Below, in pieces: positions 49,622 to 59,982 of a stretch of DNA of 64,000 nt. The DNA lies in NCBI GenBank assembly GCA_963667845.2, contig CAXXVL010000002.1, positions 2,592,001 to 2,656,000 on the forward strand, written 5' to 3'. The first letter of the stretch is position 1. The number at the start of each line of letters is the position of its first letter. Both the position numbers and the translations under genes were made by a program. The DNA comes from Smithellaceae bacterium (lineage in GTDB: Bacteria; Desulfobacterota; Syntrophia; Syntrophales; Smithellaceae). The notes under the pieces were generated by a model. It had not been told where the DNA came from. It saw nothing but the letters and a program-made list of their open reading frames with translations, and did no database searches.

Positions 49622-50122
49622 ATGGATGATAAAATTCGTGAAGCCCTCCGGCAGGCTTACGCAGGCGAAGCGAAGGCTGCATTAAGGCTTAAATTATTTG
49701 CGGAGAAGGCAGACGAGGAAGGCTATAAACAAATCGCACATCTTTTTCGTGTGATTGCTTTTTCAGAGGAGATTCACGGCAAACGGGCGCTCCGTGTCCT
49801 CAGGGAGATCAAAACGACGGAAGAGAATCTGGCCGAGAGTTTTGAATCGGAAAAAACCGTTGCGGAAATTGCCTATGATCGTTTTGTGAAGATGGCCGAA
49901 GAGGCCGGCGACAAACCGGCGCTTCTGCATTTCAGCCAGAGCCGCGACGTGGAAGACACGCACGCCAAACTCTATAAACAGGCGATGAATGACTTTATGG
50001 AAGAACGCGAAACAGTTTACCATGTTTGCAAAGTGTGCGGCTACGTGGCGGACGGCGTCCTGCCGGATGAATGTCCTGTTTGCGGGGCGAAGAAGGAACA
50101 GTTTACGACTTTTGACAAGTAA
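49622..50122 (+). CDS. Rubrerythrin family protein
   Basis: AYAGE, EEIH, EDTH di-iron motifs and a C-terminal CKVCG..CPVCG. Confidence 0.93.
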   Translation: MDDKIREALRQAYAGEAKAALRLKLFAEKADEEGYKQIAHLFRVIAFSEEIHGKRALRVLREIKTTEENLAESFESEKTVAEIAYDRFVKMAEEAGDKPALLHFSQSRDVEDTHAKLYKQAMNDFMEERETVYHVCKVCGYVADGVLPDECPVCGAKKEQFTTFDK

Positions 50123-50155
50123 GAGAGTGTTGTCCGGACGATAAACAAAAAAAGG

Positions 50156-51016
50156 ATGGAGCAAATGATGGTCGCTCACCGAATAGTTTTTCTGATGGTG
50201 CTTGTTGCCTTTCTGGCCTGGCCGTTCAAGTCTTCGGCCGCAGAAAGACCGTTGTGGGAATTGGGAATCGGCGGAGGGTTTCTGATGATGCCGGATTACC
50301 GGGGTTCCGATAAGACCCGGCCCTATGTGCTGCCGTTTCCTTACGCCATTTACCGCGGCGGAGTTTTCCGAGTGGAGGATAAACGGATTGCGGCGCGCAT
50401 TTTTGCCACAGACCGGGTCACGCTGGACGCAAGCGGCTACGGCGCGGTTCCTGTGCGCAGCGACGATAATGATGCGCGCCGGGGAATGCCGGATCTTGAT
50501 CCCACCTTTGAGTTCGGGCCGGCGCTGCGCATCAAAGTGCTGGATTCGCAGGAATACAAATATCGTGTGACGGTCGCGCTGCCGGTCAGAGCTGTTTTTT
50601 CCACAGATTTTCATACCGTGCGTTACGAGGGATTCGTGTTTTCCCCCCGATTGAACTTCGAAAAAGGCGACGTGATTCCCGGGACGGGACTGTACCTGGG
50701 CGTTTCAGCGGGTCCCATGTTTGCCGACCGCGGCTACCATGAATATTTCTATACGGTTGATCCGGCATACGCCACGGCATCGCGTCCGGCCTATGCGGCC
50801 GGCGGAGGCTACAGCGGCTCGACGCTGACAGTCGGCCTGGGAAAGAGATACAGACAATTTATATTCAATGCGTTTGTCAGCGCTGATTTTTTGCAGGGCG
50901 CCGTCTTTGAGCCGAGCCCGCTGGTGAAGACGGATACGTCATGGATGGGCGGATTCAGCATCACCTGGGTTTTCCTGCAATCAAAACAAATGGTCGAAGA
51001 TAAAAGTCCATATTAA
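50156..51016 (+). CDS. MipA/OmpV family outer membrane protein
   Basis: Signal peptide, PLWELGIG, PDYRGS, RRGMPDLD. Confidence 0.8.
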   Translation: MEQMMVAHRIVFLMVLVAFLAWPFKSSAAERPLWELGIGGGFLMMPDYRGSDKTRPYVLPFPYAIYRGGVFRVEDKRIAARIFATDRVTLDASGYGAVPVRSDDNDARRGMPDLDPTFEFGPALRIKVLDSQEYKYRVTVALPVRAVFSTDFHTVRYEGFVFSPRLNFEKGDVIPGTGLYLGVSAGPMFADRGYHEYFYTVDPAYATASRPAYAAGGGYSGSTLTVGLGKRYRQFIFNAFVSADFLQGAVFEPSPLVKTDTSWMGGFSITWVFLQSKQMVEDKSPY

Positions 51017-51048
51017 GCATTATGCCGTTTGCTGAAAAAGGGAAATTG

Positions 51049-51462
51049 ATGATCATTATTATCACGCGGTGGCTCGTCATTACCGTGGCCATTCTGCTTG
51101 CCTCCATGATGGTTTCCGGTATCCGCGTAGAATCTCTGACGACAGCCGTTCTTGCCGCCGCGATTCTGGGGGTCATCAACGTTTTTTTGCGGCCGGTTTT
51201 ATTGATCCTTACCCTGCCCCTGACGATTTTGACGCTGGGCGTTTTCGCATTTGTGCTCAATGCTCTGATGCTGCTGCTCGTCGCATATTTTGTTCCGGGA
51301 TTTGAAGTCGACGGTTTCTTCTCGGCGTTTCTGGGTGCGCTGATCATCAGCATTGTCAGCTGGATTGCCAACCGCTTTATCAAAACACCCGACGGGAAAG
51401 ACAATCGCCGCAAGCCGGATTTCATCGATCTGGAGCGGGGGGATGACGGGAAATGGCGCTAG
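51049..51462 (+). CDS. YvlD-like 4-TM membrane protein (phage holin family 4 domain)
   Basis: N..LRPVL.ILTLPLTILTLG.F..V.NA motif. Confidence 0.85.
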   Translation: MIIIITRWLVITVAILLASMMVSGIRVESLTTAVLAAAILGVINVFLRPVLLILTLPLTILTLGVFAFVLNALMLLLVAYFVPGFEVDGFFSAFLGALIISIVSWIANRFIKTPDGKDNRRKPDFIDLERGDDGKWR

Positions 51463-54080
51463 ACGCAACCCTCAATCTCACTCCCGCGATGAAGCAGTAC
51501 GTCGAAATCAAAGAAAAGTATCCGGACTGTATTTTGTTTTACCGGATGGGCGATTTCTATGAGATGTTTTTTGAAGACGCTCTGACGGCCGCTCCCATTC
51601 TGGAAATCACGCTTACCTCCCGCAATAAATCGAAGGAAGACGCCGTTCCTCTCTGCGGATTCCCCTATCATGCCGCTGCGGCTTACATTACGAAACTGGT
51701 GGAAAAAGGTTTCAAAGTCGCCATCTGCGAGCAGGTGGAAGACCCGAAAGACGCCAAAGGAATCGTAAAACGCGATGTGATCCGGGTGATCACGCCCGGT
51801 CTGGTCCTGGATGAGGAGAATCTCAAAGCCGGAGAAAATAACTACCTGGCCTGTATTGTTTCCGGCTCCGAGACCCTGGGGCTGGCGTTTCTCGACCTTT
51901 CTACCGGCGATTTTCAAATCGGAGAATTTGCAAATCGCGAGACGCTCCTTTCCGCCATAGCCGGTCTGGACTTTAAAGAATTGCTGATCAGCCGGACATT
52001 TTCCGATGCGTTGCTGATCAAGATGATCGAAGCGCAAATTCCCGCGGGCTGTATGAATTATATCGACGAGGCTGGCTTTGCGCCGGACGAGGCGGACAGG
52101 GTTTTGGACCGGGAACTGGATGCCGCTGTCCTGGAAAAATCACAGATAAAGGATCATGCCGCTCCGAAAGTCGCCGCCGGTGTCATCTTACGCTACGTCA
52201 ATTCAACGCAAATGGTGCGCGCGTCCCACATTTCCGAAATCAAATGGTATCAGCCCGAAAATTATCTGATCCTGGATGAAGCCGCCCGCCGGAATCTGGA
52301 ATTATTCGCGACCATCCAGGATAACGCCCGTGCCGGTTCCCTGTTTACCCTGATGAATGAAACATTGACCCCCATGGGGGCCAGGCGTCTGCGCTGGTGG
52401 CTGGGTTATCCCCTTGTCGGGCCGGAAAAGATTCGTGCACGGCTTGCGGCCGTGGCGGAAATCAAGGACGGCCACAAGGCGCGGTCCGATTTGCGCAAAA
52501 CACTTTCCCGCATCTACGATCTGGAAAGATTGGCCGGACGCGTCGCCTTGCGGGTGGCGACCCCGCGTGATCTGATTGCGCTCCAGACATCGCTTGCCGT
52601 CTTGCCTGTGCTGCAAACGCTGCTGTCCGGTTTCACGGCTCCAGCCCTGTCGGCAATCCGCAAAGAGATGACGGACATGTCCTCTCTTGTGAATTTACTT
52701 TCCCGGGCGATTGTCGCCGATCCGCCGCCCCGCACTCAGGACGGGGGATTTATTGCCTCCGGGTTCGATGAGCGGCTAGACTCGCTGCGTTCAATCAGCC
52801 GCGACGGCAAGAAATGGATTGCCGCGCTGGAGGCCAAGGAAAGACAGGCCACGGGCATTAATACACTCAAAATCGGATTTAATAACGTTTTTGGTTATTA
52901 CATCGAGGTCACCAAAGCCAATGCTTCCGCCGTACCGGACTCATATGTAAGAAAACAGACGCTGGTCAATGCCGAGCGCTATATTAATCAGGAGTTGAAG
53001 GAATTCGAGCAGACGGTGCTTGGCGCCGAAGAAAAGAGCCGCGATCGCGAAAATGAACTGTTCAGTCAGCTTCGCGATGATCTGATGCCCTATGTTTCCG
53101 AAATCCAGTTCAATGCATTTCGCGTGGCCGAACTGGACGCCCTTTGCTCTTTGTCGGAAGTGGCCGAAAAATATTCCTATACCTGTCCGGAGATCGATGA
53201 AGAAGACGTCATCGACATCAGAGACGGGCGCCATCCGGTGGTCGAGGCCTCTTTGAAGAAGGAAGGGTTTGTGCCCAACGATACGCTGCTCGATTTGCGG
53301 GGCAACCGCCTGCTGGTCATTACCGGACCCAACATGGCCGGCAAGTCCACGTATATCCGGCAGGTGGCTTTAATTGTTCTCCTGGCGCAGATGGGCAGTT
53401 TTGTGCCTGCCGCACACGCCCGGATCGGCGTTGTTGATAAAATCTTTACGCGCATCGGCGCGTCGGACAGCCTGATTAAAGGCCAGAGCACCTTTATGGT
53501 GGAGATGATGGAGACCGCCCGGATTCTGACGGACGCAACATCCCGCAGCCTGGTCATTCTGGATGAAGTCGGCAGAGGGACGTCCACATTCGACGGACTG
53601 AGCATCGCCTGGGCTGTGGCTGAATACATCCACGATTTCTCGGGGCGCGGTATCCGCACCTTATTTGCAACGCATTTCCACCAGCTGACGGATCTGGCGG
53701 CATCGAAAGAAGGCGCCAGGAATTACAACATCGCCGTGAAGGAATGGGGCGAGAAGATCATTTTCCTGCGTAAAATCATGGAAGGCGGAACGAGCCGCAG
53801 TTACGGCATCGAAGTGGCGAGAATCGCCGGCGTGCCCGCCTTCGTGATAGCCAGGGCCAAGGAAATTCTGCGCAATCTGGAAAAAGGAGAGTTTGACGAA
53901 ATCGGTATGCCGCGCATCGCGCGCGGTAAGAGCGCCCAGACTCCCGGCAATCCGCAATTGAGCCTGTTTGTGGAAAGTGAGGACGCCATTCTGGATGAGC
54001 TGCGGCAAATCGATATCTCGTCCATGACGCCGCTTGAGGCGCTCAATAAACTCAGTGAACTCATCGGCAAATTGGGATAA
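51453..54080 (+). CDS. mutS: DNA mismatch repair protein MutS
   Basis: TPAMKQY, YRMGDFYEMF, GPNMAGKST, DEVGRGTST. Confidence 0.97.
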   Translation: MALDATLNLTPAMKQYVEIKEKYPDCILFYRMGDFYEMFFEDALTAAPILEITLTSRNKSKEDAVPLCGFPYHAAAAYITKLVEKGFKVAICEQVEDPKDAKGIVKRDVIRVITPGLVLDEENLKAGENNYLACIVSGSETLGLAFLDLSTGDFQIGEFANRETLLSAIAGLDFKELLISRTFSDALLIKMIEAQIPAGCMNYIDEAGFAPDEADRVLDRELDAAVLEKSQIKDHAAPKVAAGVILRYVNSTQMVRASHISEIKWYQPENYLILDEAARRNLELFATIQDNARAGSLFTLMNETLTPMGARRLRWWLGYPLVGPEKIRARLAAVAEIKDGHKARSDLRKTLSRIYDLERLAGRVALRVATPRDLIALQTSLAVLPVLQTLLSGFTAPALSAIRKEMTDMSSLVNLLSRAIVADPPPRTQDGGFIASGFDERLDSLRSISRDGKKWIAALEAKERQATGINTLKIGFNNVFGYYIEVTKANASAVPDSYVRKQTLVNAERYINQELKEFEQTVLGAEEKSRDRENELFSQLRDDLMPYVSEIQFNAFRVAELDALCSLSEVAEKYSYTCPEIDEEDVIDIRDGRHPVVEASLKKEGFVPNDTLLDLRGNRLLVITGPNMAGKSTYIRQVALIVLLAQMGSFVPAAHARIGVVDKIFTRIGASDSLIKGQSTFMVEMMETARILTDATSRSLVILDEVGRGTSTFDGLSIAWAVAEYIHDFSGRGIRTLFATHFHQLTDLAASKEGARNYNIAVKEWGEKIIFLRKIMEGGTSRSYGIEVARIAGVPAFVIARAKEILRNLEKGEFDEIGMPRIARGKSAQTPGNPQLSLFVESEDAILDELRQIDISSMTPLEALNKLSELIGKLG

Positions 54081-54113
54081 TCCGCTCTCGGGCCCGTAGA
54101 CTTTCAGAAGGTA

Positions 54114-56732
54114 TTATTTCAGACAGGTCAGCCTCACGTGTCTGCTGTCGCAGTGACCTTCGAGAACTTTGGAGATGCCGTCCTGCAAAAGCGTGGTCAT
54201 TCCCCGGGCCAGGGCGGTTTGATAGATTGACTCAGGGCTTTCCTTCAGCCTGATCATGCGTTTGATCTCCGGCGTAAAGATAAAGATTTCGGAGGCACAG
54301 ATCAGGCCGCTGTAACCGGTGTTGCCGCATTCCTGGCAGCCTCGCGGATGGAAGAGGTTCAGCCTGTCTGAATAAGGGCTGCCAAGCCTGCCGAACGCAT
54401 CTTTCCCGTATAACTGGGCCAATTCCTCGTAATCTGCCCGGCTCGGGTGATAGTTTACCTTGCAGTTCGGACACAGCGACTTGATCGGCCTCTGTTCGAC
54501 GATCGACAGCATGGCGTCGGCGAAGACCGGATGGCTTATGCCCATCAGCAGGCATTTTCCGATTGCGTCAATGATGCTGTCGGCCCACAGCGAACTTAAA
54601 ACGAGACGCCCCTGGAGAGAAGCATCCATGCACAATCTGGCCGTTTCCGGATCGGGAAGACGTCCGGCCATGATGACATCCGGGTCAGCGTCCAAAAAGG
54701 AACGCAGTACACGAGGAAAATCCAGTCCATTTTGCGGATCCAAGGAAACTTGTCTGAGCCCGATTTGTCTGATTTCCACGGACTCTTCCGCCGTCCATAT
54801 TTTTTTCTCCGGGGTGTTGATATTATCCAGGCAGGCATGAAGGGTTGTGGTCATCTCATCTCCGGCCTGTCCCACGAAGAGAACCACGCCCCGGGGCTGC
54901 CGCAAAATATTGGTCAGGTCTGCATAGTTGCGTGCCGACAGACCCAGACGTTCCAGGGGGATCTTTCTGGCTTTGGCGGTAAGGTGAATGACGGTGTCTT
55001 CCACGCCGGCTTGTGTCGGAATAATGGTGATCCGCAGATTAACGTCATCACGCCCCGGCAGCTTCAATCTCAGCTCTCCGCGCTGGATGATCGAACGATT
55101 TTTCATGTCCAGATTGGCCAACGTCTTAATATCACCCATCAGCTTTTCGTATTCGTCATAGCCCAGTGACTGAAGGCTCCGGAATTGCCGGTCAACGCGG
55201 ATGCGCAATGCTACGTTTTTGCTCACCGGATCCGGTTCGAAATGAACATCCGACGCATGCAGGCTTGCGGCTTCCAGAATGATGCCGGCAAACGTCGGCG
55301 GGACATGAATTGCCGGCTGGAGAACGGCACGTTCGGGCTTTTCGGAGATACTCTTAGCTTGGGACATCTGGCGAAGGTTGCCGAGCGGCAACGTCTCCGC
55401 ATGGAGCACCGGCGTTTCTTTGAGCCGGCTTTTTGGCGGAAAGAGAACAGGCGACGCGGGCTCAGGCTCCGGAGGGACTGTCTGCGGACGCGTCATATGC
55501 AAGGCGGGCTCGTTGTCAGGCAAAACGGGGACAGGGTTCTGCGGCACGACAAACACAGGTTGACCCTGATCGGTAATCGTTCTTGCCCGGACAGATTTTG
55601 TCTCCGCGCCTGCGGGGATTTCACTTTGGTCGGGGCGTGCGGATATCGTTTGGTCCCGATCAAGGACGCCTGATAAAGTCGGCGGTTCGAATTCCTGCCC
55701 GCCGGGGTATGAACGATCGATTAACTTCAAGATATCAGGGGCGAGCGCAACATAGTATTGAATGGAACTGGTTTTCAATATCTGTTCGATATCGCGCTTT
55801 TTGACCTGGTCCCATGGGTCATCAATAAGAACATGGACTTTGCCCTTGGCCACCGTGAGGGGGATCCACATCATTTTGACCAGAATAGATTTCTCAATGC
55901 CGGCAAATAGCTGGCGGGTGACAGGTAAATCATCGCTGTACGCGGCGAAGGGATAAGAGAAATGATCCGATAAAGCCGCACCGATATCACTTTTCGAAAT
56001 ATGGTATCGCTCCATTAAAATTGCGGAAATGTCTTTATTTGCCTCAAACGCCTCTTTCAGAGCTTTGTCCAAGCGGCTGGGCGAGATCGCTTTATCCCGA
56101 ATCAGCTTATGGAGCTTTGTGCGGTGTTTTTGACAACTCTCTTCAAATTCCAGATGCAGAAAAAAAGTCCTCGACAGACAGCTTTCTATTTCATCCAGGA
56201 ATATCTGTTTGTAATCATCGATGGTCTCACCGTCTTTCTTATTCATGATTTCCATGACGCCCAGAAGGCTGCCGTCATACATGATGGGGCTCGCGATGAT
56301 CTGACCTGTTGTCGTTCCTAATTTTCTGTCCTGCGAAGTGTCAAAATAAAGCGCATCGTTGATCTTTCTGATTTCGCGCTCATTATAGGCATCGGCGACA
56401 TGAAGCGTTTTCTTCTCGTGGGCGACGCAACCAGCAAATGTCGTATAATCGATCGGGAAACGAAGCTCTTTCACCTGTCCGCCTTCGTTTTGCCAGGTGA
56501 AAATTTCCTTTTTTGTTTTGTCAATCAGATAGATGGTCAGCCTGTGAACATTAAAGAGCTTGCGAATGTCTTCTTTGATATCGATGACAATTTCACGAAG
56601 AGTCACGGCCGACTGAATTCGGGTTGTAATACGCTGGATGGCCTTGTGGAATTCGAGATTCTTCAGGAGCTCCTCAACCTGAGGCGCCTCCGAAATTTCT
56701 TCCCTTTGCGGCTTTTTACTATAGGTGCTCAT
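54114..56732 (-). CDS. GAF + GspE/PilB-like protein with degenerate ATPase motifs
   Basis: N-terminal GAF, T2SSE_N-like region, ASDVHFEP, KIWTAEE, CPNC/CQEC Zn site; Walker A, Walker B and His box altered. Confidence 0.85.
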   Translation of the reverse strand: MSTYSKKPQREEISEAPQVEELLKNLEFHKAIQRITTRIQSAVTLREIVIDIKEDIRKLFNVHRLTIYLIDKTKKEIFTWQNEGGQVKELRFPIDYTTFAGCVAHEKKTLHVADAYNEREIRKINDALYFDTSQDRKLGTTTGQIIASPIMYDGSLLGVMEIMNKKDGETIDDYKQIFLDEIESCLSRTFFLHLEFEESCQKHRTKLHKLIRDKAISPSRLDKALKEAFEANKDISAILMERYHISKSDIGAALSDHFSYPFAAYSDDLPVTRQLFAGIEKSILVKMMWIPLTVAKGKVHVLIDDPWDQVKKRDIEQILKTSSIQYYVALAPDILKLIDRSYPGGQEFEPPTLSGVLDRDQTISARPDQSEIPAGAETKSVRARTITDQGQPVFVVPQNPVPVLPDNEPALHMTRPQTVPPEPEPASPVLFPPKSRLKETPVLHAETLPLGNLRQMSQAKSISEKPERAVLQPAIHVPPTFAGIILEAASLHASDVHFEPDPVSKNVALRIRVDRQFRSLQSLGYDEYEKLMGDIKTLANLDMKNRSIIQRGELRLKLPGRDDVNLRITIIPTQAGVEDTVIHLTAKARKIPLERLGLSARNYADLTNILRQPRGVVLFVGQAGDEMTTTLHACLDNINTPEKKIWTAEESVEIRQIGLRQVSLDPQNGLDFPRVLRSFLDADPDVIMAGRLPDPETARLCMDASLQGRLVLSSLWADSIIDAIGKCLLMGISHPVFADAMLSIVEQRPIKSLCPNCKVNYHPSRADYEELAQLYGKDAFGRLGSPYSDRLNLFHPRGCQECGNTGYSGLICASEIFIFTPEIKRMIRLKESPESIYQTALARGMTTLLQDGISKVLEGHCDSRHVRLTCLK

Positions 56733-56758
56733 TGAACGCTTCCTCTATTTGAGCTTAT

Positions 56759-57271
56759 TTACGGATACTGAATGCTGAGCGCGCTGAAAATATTATTAGC
56801 AATGACATTGATATCCAGCGGCTTTTCCAGATAGCTGAAAACTCCCATGGATCTGGTAATCGATTCAATCTTAGGCGTGCCATAGGCCGTCATGAGGATG
56901 ACCGGAATGTGGGGATAATTTCTTTTGATATAAGTGAGAAGTTCGAACCCGTCCATTCTCGGCATCCTCAAATCTGTGATCACTAAATCGATAGATGTTC
57001 TTCCTTTCAATACCTTGACCGCGTCGACGCCGTTGGTTGCCGTAAGTAATGTAAAATATTTTTGATACACGCTGAGCCCGTCATCAATGCTTAAAAGCAG
57101 TGGTTCTTCATCATCAACGATCAGGACTTCCCTCACTCCGGCATGACCGGAAAGATAGTCCCTGTCATCATTGATTTCGGAGTCGGGTGTTTGCCGGACA
57201 TCTTCAATTCTCTTTGACTTTGAGGATTTTTCCATAGAGCAACGTATTTTCCCGATCCTGGATTGATTCAT
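56759..57271 (-). CDS. Single-domain response regulator (start may be 57235)
   Basis: LIVDDE, DLVITDLRMP, MTAYG, EKP. Confidence 0.9.
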   Translation of the reverse strand: MNQSRIGKIRCSMEKSSKSKRIEDVRQTPDSEINDDRDYLSGHAGVREVLIVDDEEPLLLSIDDGLSVYQKYFTLLTATNGVDAVKVLKGRTSIDLVITDLRMPRMDGFELLTYIKRNYPHIPVILMTAYGTPKIESITRSMGVFSYLEKPLDINVIANNIFSALSIQYP

Positions 57272-57300
57272 TCATAAAAAAAAATCATTTAACCTCACGA

Positions 57301-57316
57301 AGCAAAGGGCATGCCT
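57301..57316 (-). promoter_or_regulatory. Putative sigma54 (-24/-12) promoter
   Basis: Minus-strand AGGCATGCCCTTTGCT (GG-N10-GC) upstream of the response regulator gene. Confidence 0.65.
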
Positions 57317-57443
57317 AAATGAAACAGCCGCATTATGTGAGAAAATATAAAAGGTTATGAACCTATTGAACAGCAAAACCGCTATTGTGAATGTCAGGCT
57401 GGATGATTCATTTTGACCCGGAAGCAGCGCCTGGGCGCTGCTT

Positions 57444-58796
57444 CTACAGGCGATATAATTTTACTTTTCGCTTGAGGGTGGAAAGTGAGATGCCCAGGGC
57501 TTTGGCTGACTGCGAATAGTTGCCGTTGCATTTCTTTAATGCCTGGCTGATGCATTCTTTTTCGGAGGCTTCGAGGGTTAAGAGTTCACCGTCACCCGGA
57601 GCAGCCGGTCCGAGAGACGAACGCGAGGCCATGCCGGTCCGCAGCAGTAACGAGGGTCTGAGCGGCTGGTTGCGCTGAACGATCAATGACCGCTCAATGA
57701 CATTTTTCAATTCACGAACGTTTCCCGGCCATGTATATTCCATTAGCTTGACGAGTTCGGATTCCGCAAGAGCCAGATGGGGATCTCTGGACATGCGCCT
57801 GATGAAATATTCGCACAGCTTGGGAATGTCTTCCTTCCTGTCCTGCAGCCGTGGAATATGCAGACGGATGACGCTGAGCCGATAATAGAGATCACTGCGG
57901 AAGGTCTTTTCAAGGATGGCTTTTTCCAGATCATTGTTGGCGGCGGCGATGATCCGCACATTGATCGGCTTGACGGTCTCGCTGCCAATTCGGCGGATTT
58001 TCTTTTCTTCCAGCACCCCCAGCAATTTGGATTGTAAATGAATCGGCATGGAGCCGATTTCATCCAACACCAGCGTTCCGCCTTCGGCCAGCTCAAAAAT
58101 CCCTTTTCGGGTTGCGCTGGCACCCGTAAAAGCCCCTTTTTCCGAACCAAACAACTCGGCTTCGATGAGGTTCTCGGGAAAGGCGGCACAGTTGGCGGTC
58201 AAGAACAGCTTTGCCGGGAGGGCGCTTTTTAAGTGGATGGCGCGGGCGACAATGTTCTTGCCTGTGCCCGTTTCACCCGTGATGAGCACAGGAGCATCGC
58301 TCTCGGCCGCAAGCTCGATCATCCGATTAATTTCATCAAAAATGCCGTGGCCGGCAATCAATTCGAATTCCTCAGTATCCCGGGTGTTCTGATAATTCTG
58401 GATTTGTTCTGTTTTCTCGAGCTCCTGCGTACGAAATGCCTGCTTGATGGTCAATTCCAGTTCAGCCATTTCAAAGGGTTTGGAAAGGTAATCGTGTGCC
58501 CCGACCTTGATGGCTTCTATGGCGTTGTTGAAGCTCGGATAGGCCGTTACAAAGATGATTTTGGTCTGTTCGTTTTGCTTCAGTATCGACGGGCAAAGCG
58601 AAATGCCTTCCGCATCGGGAAGTTTCTGATCGAGGATAACGACGTCAATTTTTATCTCCGAACAAATTCTCAGTCCGTCTTTTCCCGTATTCGCGGTGAG
58701 AACGTCCGTATTGGCATCGGAGAGTAAATCGCTTACGGATTCGCAAAAAATATCGTTGTCGTCGATAATCAGGATTTTTCTTTTAACTTTTGGCAT
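57444..58796 (-). CDS. Sigma54-dependent response regulator (NtrC family)
   Basis: REC domain, GETGTGK, GAFTGA, LDEIG, WPGNVREL, Fis-type HTH. Confidence 0.95.
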   Translation of the reverse strand: MPKVKRKILIIDDNDIFCESVSDLLSDANTDVLTANTGKDGLRICSEIKIDVVILDQKLPDAEGISLCPSILKQNEQTKIIFVTAYPSFNNAIEAIKVGAHDYLSKPFEMAELELTIKQAFRTQELEKTEQIQNYQNTRDTEEFELIAGHGIFDEINRMIELAAESDAPVLITGETGTGKNIVARAIHLKSALPAKLFLTANCAAFPENLIEAELFGSEKGAFTGASATRKGIFELAEGGTLVLDEIGSMPIHLQSKLLGVLEEKKIRRIGSETVKPINVRIIAAANNDLEKAILEKTFRSDLYYRLSVIRLHIPRLQDRKEDIPKLCEYFIRRMSRDPHLALAESELVKLMEYTWPGNVRELKNVIERSLIVQRNQPLRPSLLLRTGMASRSSLGPAAPGDGELLTLEASEKECISQALKKCNGNYSQSAKALGISLSTLKRKVKLYRL

Positions 58797-59860
58797 CAAC
58801 TTTTACAACCTTCGGGAATGATCACAATGACACGCGTTCCCCTATCTTTGACGCTTTTAATTTCCATGTTTCCGTTCATCAGGGTGACCATTTTCAGCGT
58901 GATCATCAATCCCAAACCTGTGCCGCGGGTCTTCGTTGTGAAGAAGGGTTTGAAAAGATTGGCCTGCGCTTCTTTGGACATGCCGCAGCCGTTGTCTTCA
59001 ACAATAATGGAAACCAGACTATCCTGCCTAAGCGCCCGGATATTGATTTTTCGCTGGTCCCTGCTTTCAAGCGCATCGGAAGCATTGGTGATCAAATTCA
59101 GCATCACCTGATGCAGGAGTCGTGGATCAGCGCTCACGGTTGTTACATTCGCTTCAACGGTTTTGCTGATTTTAATGCTGGATTGACGCAAATCATTACT
59201 GACGAGCGCGATAAACCGGGTCAGAAAGCCATCGATGGACACGTCCTGAATCTCCGGATTCTCGAAGATGCTGAAGCTTTTCAGGGCCTGCAGCAGAAAT
59301 TCGACGCGGGAAATTTCAGTCATGGCGCGATCAACGAACTTTTCCACGGCTGCAGGTGAATATTCGCTGAGATTCCTTTTCAGGACGCTCAGCGTCATCT
59401 TGATTGAGTTGATGGGGTTACCCAGTTCATGCCGTATCCCGGAAAAGACGTAACTGATATTGTCCATGGAATTGACGGCTTCAGCGATGGACTCCAGGCG
59501 GCTTCTTTCCGTGATGTCGCGGATGATAATCCAGATGAAATTGTTGGAAATCATGTAAGGCGTGTAGCCCAGCAGACGGTTCTTAAAGCGTAATGTGTAA
59601 TGTCTTCCAAATATCTCGGCTTCGGGTTTGCTGTTGTAGTCCGCTAAAAGCAAGGAAAGAAGATTTTGATATTCAAGCAGATTTGAGTTGTTTTGAAATA
59701 TTTCCGTAGCAAATCTGTTTTTAAAAAGCAGCTCGCGTTTTTTGATACCCAGAATGACGATACCCAGGTCGATCGTCTCCATAATGCTGGCGTATAAAGA
59801 ATAGTCAAAATTCTTATCCGGGTTTTTTGGGAAAATTCTTTCTTTGGCCGCATCTTCCAT
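58796..59860 (-). CDS. Cytoplasmic sensor histidine kinase
   Basis: HELGNP H-box, NLITNA, DNGCG, PFFTTK, GTGLGL; no TM segments. Confidence 0.93.
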   Translation of the reverse strand: MEDAAKERIFPKNPDKNFDYSLYASIMETIDLGIVILGIKKRELLFKNRFATEIFQNNSNLLEYQNLLSLLLADYNSKPEAEIFGRHYTLRFKNRLLGYTPYMISNNFIWIIIRDITERSRLESIAEAVNSMDNISYVFSGIRHELGNPINSIKMTLSVLKRNLSEYSPAAVEKFVDRAMTEISRVEFLLQALKSFSIFENPEIQDVSIDGFLTRFIALVSNDLRQSSIKISKTVEANVTTVSADPRLLHQVMLNLITNASDALESRDQRKINIRALRQDSLVSIIVEDNGCGMSKEAQANLFKPFFTTKTRGTGLGLMITLKMVTLMNGNMEIKSVKDRGTRVIVIIPEGCKS

Positions 59861-59982
59861 ATTATAAATAAAAACTTTGCAAATGTAATAATTAAGAGAT
59901 ATTAAATTAGTGTAATCACGGTGCTGTCGGCAAGTTTTGTGCTTTGATATAAATAATCATTTGCATTGTCAAGGATATTTTC

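Noticed and set aside
51049..51462. Holin-family domain as evidence for a prophage
   Set aside because: YvlD-like proteins are common chromosomal membrane proteins and no phage genes flank it
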